Assembly: GCA_951406725.2 (NCBI GenBank)
Contig: OX597816.1
Location: forward strand, 118,048,001 to 118,112,000
DNA: 64,000 nucleotides
Direction of reading: 5' to 3'
From: Octopus vulgaris
Lineage: Eukaryota
A model generated the notes under the pieces. It ran no database searches and was not told the origin of the DNA. It worked only from the letters and a program-made list of their open reading frames with translations. Below are positions 41,401-53,400 of this stretch, piece after piece; position 1 is the first letter of the stretch, and every line of letters begins with the position of its first letter. The translations under genes were made by a program, and so were the position numbers.

Positions 41401-44400
41401 GAGAGAGAGAGAGATAATTTTTTTTCTAAAAATTCAAAAGCTGGTTGTTTTTCTGCAAAGTAAATTTAAACTTTAAACTGTGACTGTTGAAAATTTGACA
41501 AAACTACTTTATTTTCTTGTGCGTAGGTATGATGAACCACCAGCAAGCTACAGCTGCTCATATACAATTCCAACAGCGACATATGCCAGCTCGCACACCT
41601 GTTAACCAACCAAAGCCTGTTCCTTTGCAGGTGTGTATTCTAACTTTTGTCTTTGGACTGTGTTTGCTTTGTAAGAAAGTTAACAGCTGTGTACTTTGAT
41701 GGCCATTTCTTATTGATCTTCCATGTCACATATGATTACTGAAATAACTATCTTAAATCCAATAGCTGTATTGCTTTGCTTTACTTTGTGCTTGCTTCTA
41801 TTTCTATTTTTAAGTCTTTTTAGCTTTGTATTAAATGTCCATTCTAATATATCATGTATGTCATAATGATAAACAGATTTTATTGTCATTGATTCTTATG
41901 AAGAACATCAAATGATGATGATGATGACTTTCTTTTTGTACACTGTTTTGAGTTTTGTATGATACTAGTTGTAATGATGGTACACTTGTTTAGAAAGCAA
42001 TCTATTACACCATGGATTGCTCTTTAAATAATTGATGTGGTGGCTAATAATTATCGTTCAGTTATTTAACTATCAATAGCTTGACATTTGTTTAGTTTTT
42101 ATAAGTTGTTAATTCTTAATGATTACAAATATAAATTAACAAAATCTCCAGATAGATATTTTATTGATAGTTTGATAGTTTAAAAGTTACAAAATATAAG
42201 TATATTTTTCTATATTATTGATAGTTTTCCTCACTCCTTTGAAATTTATCAAAATTTTAGTAATGTTATGTTATTTCCCGTAATTAGACTAAATTTGTTA
42301 AATATTTCATGAGTTAATAAAGAAAAAAAATATATAATTAGATGTTAATTAAAATATATTTCTTAAGATTTTCATTGCTTTAAAATGGATAGGATTGTTT
42401 CATTTGTTGGTATAATCAACATTGGCTGGCTTGAAGAATGTATTTTATTGTCCCTCTCAGATGTTAATATTACTGTTCTCATCAATCAATTTATCTTTCA
42501 CAGAGGCATGATGCTTTCATGGTTTCCCAAGCACCACCCCAAGCACAACAACAAACGCAACCACCACCAACTTCTCAACCACCAGTTCCACCACCACAAA
42601 CTTCAACACAGCAACAACCCCAACAACAACAGTCAGCACCCCAGCAACAAATGGTTGGTCAACAAATGGCAGTGTCAGGCCCTAATGTAATTCAATGTTA
42701 TTTACTCTAATACACATTTTGTAACTCACAATTATTTTTATTATATTATCTTGTTGATATGCTAAACATATTTGTAATAGCCTTCACAGCTTATTCCTTA
42801 TTCATCAGCTGTATATTACTTCACTGTCAAAGTCATAGTTTTCACTAAAAAAATATTTCCCTTATAACTACAAGTACAGTAATACAAGGACCTGCTTTAC
42901 GAGACCCTGGGTTTACGAGTTTTATTTTTCAAGCACAAGATCCAAATTCTGAAGTGCAAAAGTTCCTACTACCATAACAAATGCTTCTATGTGTTACTGA
43001 GAAATTTATAGAGAGCAAAAAAAACCTTCTTCTAAACAAACAACTCTAGACTTGCTTTTTTTTTAAAAGAAATCTACAAGTCTGTCTACAAGTGCTTGTG
43101 AATCAGCAATTGTGTCTATTAATGCTAGTGTGTGCAAGTCTAGTGTCAGTGAAAGGGATTCAGAAAACAATTATAATATATTTTTATTATAAATGATCTT
43201 GACATTTTTTTCTCTACATAAAATATTCTTTACTTTCTGCTGTTATTTTATTGTCATTTATCTATGAATATTATAAATTTTATAGGTAAAATATTCTTCT
43301 GAGAACGTATTATGATTTATAACATATGGGAAATTATTGCTCTGCTTTATGAATTTTTGCTTTACAAACAGTCTCTGGGAACAAATTAACTCATATATTG
43401 AAGCATCACTGTATTGTTTTACAAATATCTGACATCTTTCTATATTAGTTTTCCTAAGATTCGTTGCCCTGGAGTAGGCCTTTGATAAAGTGGTCATGAA
43501 GAAAACTAGTTGTAGGTGAATTATTCAAGAGAGCTATACAAGCTGTGTATAAAGGTGCCTTTAGCTAGATGAGTTTGCAATGATCATTCAGTATTCAAAC
43601 GTGTCATTATGGCACAGATCTGAACCCCATCCTATGTATTATAAGTACTTCAGGCCACAACAAAAGAATTTAAAACTAGTTGATTGTATGTTAATGAGCT
43701 AGTTCTTATAGTTGAATTATCAAAGAATTTGAGAAGTAATTTAAAATGTTGAAGCAAAACTTAACAAAGACAAAAGTAAACCTAGAACCTCAAGATAAAC
43801 TTTGCAAAGTCACGATTTAAATTGTAGAAAGCAGCAGTTAGGAACTCTGTACTGTGTACCAAAGGTAAAGTGTGATTGCACATGAAATGCCATGAGATCA
43901 TAAGCAGGTTGACAGAGAAGAAATATTAGTAGTAGTTAGTAGTAAGGGTATTCATAAAATAAATTCTTTCAAATTCTTGGAAAGCTCCCTAAAAGCAGTT
44001 GATAGCTTCTTTTACCTATACAACTTAATTAGCTATGGAGACAGGTGTTTCAAAAGCATGATAGCTATAGTAAGAATGAGGTGGGAAATGTTAAGGAAGC
44101 TATTTCTTCTGCTAGAAACAAGGAGATTCTTTCTCCAAGTGAAGAACAAATCCCATCCATACCATGGAAGTGTGACAAAGTGGACATAAAAGATAATGAT
44201 GATGCGGATAGTTAATACTGCTTTGAAGAAGGAATGAATCATCTTTCTGTTTCAACTTCAGAGTATCTTCGAACAGTTGCAGTTTGCAAGGTACACCAAA
44301 CCTTGCTTAACACGACTGAAATGGTCTTAGCTAATGATCTGCTAGTATGACAACTGTCACCCCTTCTTCAACATATCCATTATATCTATTTCTTCCACTT

Positions 44401-47400
44401 ATCCTGTCACATTTTTCTAAACCCTGCACTGAATAAATAACCAATTGTCTTTCTTTTAAACTATATCTTCCCATAAAATATTTCAAATGTACTTTGTTAT
44501 CTCTCCACTGACTTATCACAGCAAAATAGATTTTACAAAATGTTTTTCAACAAATCTTTAAGAGTCAATATGCAGTTTAAAAATATATGTAATTATTATT
44601 TTTATTTTTCTTCGACCAAAATACACCCCTCATGAGTTTCAATTAAATTCTAAAATAATCATGAATTTAGGCTTGTTTCATTAAATAACTGTAACTTTTT
44701 TACTTATCAACATTTTAATGTGATATTTGGAACATAATTAAAGGAAGGGTTCTTAATCAATTCTATTGCATAACTTTTGACTCAAAGTGACTTTAATTAC
44801 AGGTAAATCCAGGTAAATTGAGCAAAAGGTAAAAATATTAAAATTTTAAATTGAGCAAAAGGTAAAAAATAAAAATTTTGTTTAAACATCACTATAGAAA
44901 ATGAATCATCAGCTAATATTCAAATGGGTATGCAACAAAATTTTGATAAAGAAGAATTGTGCACATCAGTTGAATTTAATGCACAACAGGTGTACCATAA
45001 AGGTGGAATAAACTGAAATATTGGAATCCACCGTAAGTTTGACCGAACTAAAGAAATCGGTCAAAAAATAATATACGGCCCTGGTTATGGTATGGAAGTG
45101 ATAAATTCCAGACCACATCGTTCCCTAGGCCATGCTGACTAATATTATTTTCCCTGTATAAAAACTAAATCCACGCAGTACCCAGTAATTTGCTTCACAA
45201 ATTTCCCAAACTTTGAACCCCGATTTTGGGTTTGTTTACAATCTGCGTAAGTTTGTTTCCACATTGATCGCTTCAAACAATAACTTCCAGACCACATCGT
45301 ACCCTAAGCCATGCTGACTAATATTATTTTCCCTGTATAAAAACTAAATCCACAACAGTACCCAGTAATTTGCTTCACAAATTTCCCAAACTTTGAACCC
45401 CGATTTTGGGTTTGTTTACAATCTGCGTAAGTTTGTTTCCACATTGATCGCTTCAAACTAGCATACTGAAAAAAATAAAAGTCTAATGGTTTCACTTCCT
45501 AAGAAAGGCTATAGATAAACTTTATCTCCTCAGAAAAATTGCTAATAAAAACATTTAAAAAGTTTTTTTACTTCATTCCGATGTAAAATCGTCTTCGCTG
45601 TCGCCTTCGCCGCTTTGTTTCTTCGGAAGGCGCTGCTTTCATTTTCGGATAAAAAAATATTCATTATTTTGTACACCACGTGCTTTAGTACCTATTTCAT
45701 TCCTTTTCTCGATATCTCCCTATTTTCCGTTGACAAAGCTTTAAATTCGGAATCAATGCTTGATAACATGAAACTCCTATCCATTTTCAAAGTTGAAGAA
45801 AAATCGATGCCGTAAAACATGTGGAAAAAAATCTCCCAAAATTCACTGAGTTGAGATATCACTTCAAGCAATGTCGGATACTATAACTTAACTATTTACA
45901 ATGTGAAATCACATGCTTTAACGAATGTACCAACGAGATTTGGGTTCAAATTTACATTTAAATAACAATGGGTTCTAACGGCCGGGTATGGCCGGGTTGG
46001 TACTTTGAACCAAAAATTGTTCGGCCGGCTACGGCCGGGTTAGTAACGAAAGGGTTAAACTATATCTTCCCATAAAATATTTCAAATGTACTTTGTTATC
46101 TCTCCACTGACTTATCACAGCAAAATAGATTTTACAAAATGTTTTTCAACAAATCTTTAAGAGTCAATATGCAGTTTAAAAATATATGTAATTATTATTT
46201 TTATTTTTCTTCCTTCTTTAGCAACTACCATTCCAAGGGGGCAACCCTCCTTCTGTACCAAGATCAATGGTTCAAAGTCCATACATGAGTCCACAGCAAT
46301 ATGGCCAAGTAAGTTAGCAGAATACTTCTTCTGCAATGATTGTATCTTTATTTCATCTTAAGATGATATTAGTATGTGCCAACCATTCACATTACATGTA
46401 CTTACAGATATATCTTTGCTACTTTTGTTGAAGGTGTTTCACTTCCTTCCAAACCCACCTGTTGTACCTACCTCTCCACTTTGCACTAATAAGGACATTT
46501 CTATTTAGTCACTTGCTATCCAGAAACAGCAGTAAAATCTCCCTCAAATAGCATTGCACTTTTCTTAAATAAAGGATATACTGGTTCCTGATACTCACTT
46601 TGGAGTGACTTTTGTCATAAGTTTGTTCAGTCCAAGCTGGACTGGGTATAAACACCATCTCTTCCTTACTAGTCACACTGTCTTTCCTTAAACCTTGCAC
46701 TAACATTACAATCAGTCTGTCATTTCAAAGTTTTCTGCTATGTGGAATTGCCTCCTATGTTTGTTCCTTTACCCACACTAATCACATTTATTCTTTCTCA
46801 TGATTCATGATGTTTGCTATGAACAATATAGACAAATCAAATAGAGAAATCAGCTCGTTTGTTTTAAACTACTCAGAACTAACAGAAATATATTTTGTAT
46901 ATTGTCTTTTGCAGAGTCCTAGTCAAGTACAGCCAGCTAGCAATGTCTCACAGTTAAATACTGCCCATTCACCTGCTACTCAAAGGTTTGACTTGAAAGC
47001 ATTTTTCTTTTAATATCTTGATGTAAATTAGTTTTTTGTTTCCCTTCCTGAAAAGAAGCATGCTACTATGCTTGCTTCATATCTACTTCAATTAAGTGAT
47101 AGCTAGTTGATTTCAAGTAAGGGTATGTACCTTTAAAAAGAAAATTGCTCTATTAGTTTACAATTTTTTGAATTTACAAAAGTCTTCTGTCATTACTGTT
47201 AAAGAAAATGGATGTAAAACTCCCAAATCATGAATACAGTATTAACAACTATTATTCCTTGTAAATTTTACTTGTTTAAGTCCCTTCAAAAACCTTGACT
47301 AAGTTCTATAATGCCACTAAAACTAAGTCTGATTATAATGAATATTTTAGAGTGTAATCAGTTTTGTTCGGGAGACTTGGCTAACTGTTGCAGAAAATGT

Positions 47401-50400
47401 TGTCATTGGTAACAGTTTTGTTGTTCAAAAATCATTTCTCTTCAATGAATATTTTATACTTTGATAATTAATGTGACTAGGTTGGTGTTTCTGTCTAGTA
47501 GATGACCCCATTTTTATTTTATTTTACCCCTATATATTACATTAGCCTGCAAAATCTGAAACTACCTTACCTGTTCTGTTAGTCTGCTTGAGTTTACTAT
47601 GTAAACATCAACAGAAGGGAAAAAACCCACCTGTCTGAGGGAAGGAAGGAAGGTTGGATGCTTTCTGATATCAGTGCATGAAAGTATAAGGATTATGTTC
47701 TTTACATAAGAGTATCATTCCTTGTTCTCTAATGGTGTGCAAGGAACTTTTATTTCCAGAGAATCAGCAGAACCATGAATCATCTTAGTAGCTTTCATAA
47801 CAGGCAAGTTGTAATGAACTGGAAGCTGGAAGCTATTAAAAAGTAATGCACAGGGCAGGACATGAGATCTGCAGGGATTTAAAAGACAAAGAGGATAATA
47901 AATGGTTTAACTTTACTTACAGCAAGTTCTGGGTGGAATTAAAATATCTATAGATAAAAAAAAGGATAAAAACAAGTGAATCTAAAGATTTGGATTTTGG
48001 TGATAAAGCACTGCTTATTCATCATCATCATCATTTAACGTCCGCTTTCCATGCTAGCATGGGTTGTACGGTTCAACTGGGGTCTGGGGAGCCCGAAGGC
48101 TGCACCAGGCCAGTCAGATCTGGCAGTGTTTCTACAGCTGGATGCCCTTCCTAACGCCAACCACTCCGAGAGTGTAGTGGGTGATTTTATGTGCCACCGA
48201 CACAGGTGCCAGACGAGGCTGGCGAATGGCCACGCTCGGATGGCGTTTTTTATGTGCCACCGACACAGGTGCCAGACGAGGCTGGCAGACGGCCACGCTC
48301 GGATGGTGTTTTTATGTGCCACCGACACAGGTGCCAGATGAGGCTGGCGAACGGCTACGATCGGATGGTGTTTGTTACGTGCCCACAGCACGGAGGCCAG
48401 TCGATGCGGTACTGGCTATGGCTACGTTCAGATGGTTTTCTTGTGTGCCACCGGCACTGGTACCACAAAGATACAAATTCCATTGATGTTCATCTATTTT
48501 GATTTGTTTAAAATTCCTCTGTAATCTGAAGTGAAAGTATTTCTTTGTTTGCAACTCTCTTAATCACTATTTTTGTTTTTTGTATATTTCTAGTTCTCAT
48601 ATGGTCCATTCACCTGCTAACTTGGCTGCACCATCACCAAATACTCATATTGTCCCATCTCCAGTATCTCGTAATGCTGCCATGGGTGCCCCGTCACCGG
48701 GAAGTGCTTTGAACACACCTGGTGAGGATTTATTTTCATTTATATATTTATTGTTGTTTTTGAATGCTTTACTTTTAATTACAATCTGTGACATCCAAAA
48801 CTGTCTTTGATTGATTATAGGTAATCCTGGTTCTGTGGGAACTACTGCTAGTCCATCTGAAGACCAGGCTTATTTGGAGAAATTAAAGCAGTTATCCAAA
48901 TATATTGATCCACTGCGAAGAATGATTCGTAAAACAGAAACTGAAGAAGGTAAATTTTGTATCACAAGTTTTTTTTTTATTGTTTTCCAAACAATCTTTA
49001 CCCATTTTCCTCTAAATCTTAATCTGTTTTCCCCTAGATCTTAATCCACTTTCTTCTAATCTTTATCTATTTTCCTATATTTAACTACTTTCATATAAAT
49101 ATTTTCAATATAACCTACTCTAAACAATGTATCTTATAAATCTACTTTTTACACTGTAGGTATAAAAGTAATGCTTGTGATATGTTTCAATACTATATTG
49201 GGTCATGTTGCTTAACTTGTTCCTTGCATCTTTCTTTCTGTTTGAGACAGTTGACATCACTTACAATTTGTCACACTCTACACAATGTGTACTCACTTGA
49301 AACTGTGGCTCTTGTCTCTGGCCATGTGACAGTCATTTGTATTCTGCCTTTCTTTTTAAACCTAACTTTTTAGTTTGTAATGTCAGTATTAAAGATAGTC
49401 TCCAATCTGCAGTGGAGACTAGTGAGAGAGGACTGAAGTAGTTAGTGTGTGTGTGCATAAATATATACATATATATGTGTGTGTGTGTGTATTATATATG
49501 TATATTATATTATCATCATCATTGTTTAACATCCGCTTTCCATGCTGGCATGGGTTGGGCGGTTTGACTGATGACTGGCAAGCTAGATGGCTGCACTAGG
49601 TTCCAATCTGATTTGCCAGAGTTTCTACAGCTGGATGCCCTTCCTAACACCAACCACTCTGAGAGTGTAGTGGGTGCTTTTATTGGCATGACGGCCAGTC
49701 AGGTGGTACTGGCAATGGCCACACTCAAATGGTGTTTTTTACATGGTACCTGCACAGGAGCCAGTCCAGCAGCACTGGCAACAACGATCATGCTCGGATG
49801 ATGCTCTTAACGTTCCACTAGCACAGATGCCAGTTAGGCGGTGCTATCATTGGCTACATCAGCGAATTTGATTTTGAACTGACTTATATATATATATATA
49901 TATGTCAAACAGTTTGATTCAAATTCTTTGGTACTTTAAGTTTCAAGTGTGATGCTAGTCTTCAGCAATTGGAATTAGAATTCTAATGGCTGAAGGCTAG
50001 CATTATTCTTGAGACTTGAAATACCAAAGAATTTGCATCAATCTGTTTGACCCATACATGTAATTCCCAATAAATATGTTGAGTGCCCTTCTTTTGTTTG
50101 TTTGCTCGTGTGTGTATGTATATACACATACAAAGTAAAGGGATGAAGAGAATTGATTTGACAATTTAGTTTCTCTAGTATTATTGTTTAACCCTTTAGC
50201 AGTCACATTAGTCTGTCAAATGTAATGCTTATTTATTCACATTGTTTCAAATTAATTGTGTATTATCTTGTAGCCTTGAGATTTTGATGAGGTGGTTGTT
50301 ATTTTTAGAGATTGGTGTGAGAGGCCAAACGTGACCAGTTTGAACATAAAACAGGTTGGATATGTCCAGTTTAATTGCTAATGGGTTAATGCCAGTTAAA

Positions 50401-53400
50401 CCCTGGTTAAGCAGACCTATAATCCAAAGTGCTCCAGCCACAGTCATCTCATCTTTCTGTGTATCTAGGACATACTACATTTTCTAATTTGTCCTTCCTT
50501 TTTAAAGAAAGTGGGTTATGATTTGAGTGAGATTTTTACTTCCATTTCTTACTGGTTGAGGCCCCCTTGTTGACTTTATATATCAGATGCAATGGTAATT
50601 CAGGATGAAGATTAGGCTTAGGGACTAATGACAGAGTTACAATTTTGAAATCTTTCTTTATCCAGTATGCTGTGTTCCAGACAAGGTTATTACTCTATAT
50701 TGGAGCAGCCTAGATAAAAACAGATGCATTCCAAGAAATGAAAGTTGCACTCATGTATCTGTGGGGCTATTAATACTGAACACTTTAAAGAAAAAGCTCT
50801 AGTTTTGAAATAAGCAACTAATATATTTAAATGTTCTTATCATTACCTGTAATTTTCTAATGCCATATTAACATTATATATATTCCAGCATTATTTTGTC
50901 ATTGACATCTAATACTACCTTTGTCACTAGTTTGTTGAAAAAATAGGGAAAAATTCTGGTTATAAATGTATTCTTACTCTCAGCCTTGCATCTAACTCTC
51001 TCTCTCTTTCCTCTTTCTCTCTTCTTTTCTCTTGTCAGATAATAAAAAAGATCAATCTCATAAAATGAAGAATCTTTTGGAAATTTTGTCTGATCCTTCA
51101 AAACGGTATGATTTTTACTTCTTCGTAATTTTCTTCTCAGAAGACTCTTGTGGAAAATAGTTTTTACATTACTATTGTTTGTTATTGCAGTCTTCCAATG
51201 ACCACCTTGTTGAAATGTGAACAGGTCTTAGTGAAAATGGAACTATCAAAGCCAGTAAGTGTGCAAGTTCTGAAATGAAATTGCTTGTAATTCTATTTGT
51301 TCTTATCTTCAAAGAAAAGTTCACTCACCCTCTGTTTATAAGATGTACCTTGTTTTTGTACATCATTAACATTTGGTGACTGTATTCTGGATTTGATTTA
51401 CTTCACTTTCATTGTAACATGTTGAAGCTAGATTAAATCATCTGCAATACATTCTCTTAAATTGGTTAAAATAATCCGTTTGTTGTTATCAGCACTTTTC
51501 TAGTAAAGTAATCTTTTTATTTTTCCTCCAAATATAAAATTACACAGACTATTGTAGTAATGGTAAAAGACAGAGGAAGCAAGATGTTTGTGAATTAGAA
51601 TTGTGTTATAAAAAAACACTTCATAATAATCTGAAATTATTGATTATTATCACTCCTACTATGTAAGATTTATAAACAGCTGTCATTACAGTGCCTTGCA
51701 GTGTCTCTTCTGACTGTCTGCACTCTGACTTAAGATCTTACCAAAGTCAACTTTGAATTTCATCTGTTCAGAATTGATAAGCTCTCTATGTTGATAATGT
51801 CTAACAAACTGGGTGTTTTGTAAAAATCATCTGAAGAAGCAATGAGAAACCACTCTTGTATACTCTCAAGCACAAAAAAACTTGTCAAGGAAGTCACCCA
51901 GGGTTATTTATCAGTCTAATGGTATGTCTATATAGGGTTTATGTCTTTAAAATATTCACTTAAATCTTAATTTTAGTTGATAAACTCTTTGAAATTATGA
52001 AATGTGTTGTCATTAAAGAAATAAATTTGCAATCTCGGTGTCTAAATATGCTTTCATACAATTGGATTTGTTAAAATGTTTTCTTTTTATCATTACACAA
52101 TCTGTGATTCCTCTAATTTGCTATTCAAAAAGAAATGTCTCTCAATTGGGATGTTCTTCCTAAAATTTACTGTTATACCTGTAAGTGTAAAAGTTGAATG
52201 AATTGTTAGTTTTTTTCCATCCCTGCTGATTTTTAACACTTTTTTCATTTTTTTTAATCCTTTTTAGCCTTCCTCCAGTGATGGCAGTGGGTCTAGCTCC
52301 AAGAATGGAGAACAACATATGTGTCAACCCTTACTAGATTCTATTGCTGCCCACATGAAGTCTCCAATGCTAAACCACACACTTCATCGTACTTTTGGAC
52401 CTGCTGTTGCAGCACTCCGTGGCCAGCCTATTCGGTAAGAGATAGTTTTTTGAGTTTTTCTTTTACCCCATGTTCCTCAAACACACCTTCTGCTCTTTTG
52501 AACATGCAGGATCCATGCCATCACTACCCAGACTCACTGCACTTATCTGTCTTCATTATCATCATCAGTATTATGTCTCATTCTCCAGAACTTGCACTCA
52601 ATACTTTTCTCATTCCTTCTTCCCCAGAGTGACATTTCTCTAGAATTTTCTTTTCTTCTCTATCAGTACTATCCTTGGGCACCTACAAAATCATGGGAGA
52701 CCTCCATACTTATATAACTAATCTTTTTTTTTTTAAATACAAGTCCTGGTTACTTCGTTGTAAAGCATACAACATGCCCAATTTGCCACATTGCACCTCA
52801 TTACACACTTTATGCAAACAATCACTGCACAGTAGGGAACACAATGTGGTTCCAGACCTACATAGCAGTACATCAGATATCCCAACATCTACAAATCACA
52901 ACCCAATATTGATCCAGTATTATAGGTTTGCACTGCCAGAATTGACTTGTGACATAACTCCCTCAGCAAAAGGGAACTAGTAATTATTTCTATATCGCTA
53001 TTCTGTGAAGTCCTGAAATCCTTTAAAGCATCAGAATGGAACCAAAGATTTAGATCTTTGTAGTCTGACACTAGTCATATTTGACTGAGCAGACATAACT
53101 TCTATGTTATTGTAGGAATTTGTGCATCTGTGAGAGAGGGAGAAAACTGTTTTGTTATTTTGCTCTGACTACTTTCACTGCAGGAGTTGGAGAAGCTGAG
53201 TATATTGATTTTTCACATATGAACAAGACCTCAAAACTGGAAGAAAGGAACAAGTGTTCATATCAGTCACAGTATTTGGCTGGTACCTTAATTATTAACT
53301 CCAGAAGGCTAAGAGGCAAAGTTGATCACTTTGGAATTTCAACTGAAACTTAAGGAGCTGGAACACAGTACCACCATGCATTTTGCCTAATACTCTAATG

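Noticed and set aside
42385-42690. 101-aa His/Asn-rich ORF
   Set aside because: Alternative frame of the CAA/CCA-rich MED15 exon.
48185-48372. CRISPR-like periodic repeats
   Set aside because: Whole 62-bp units repeat with no unique spacers, there are no cas genes, and the repeats lie inside a eukaryotic SINE.
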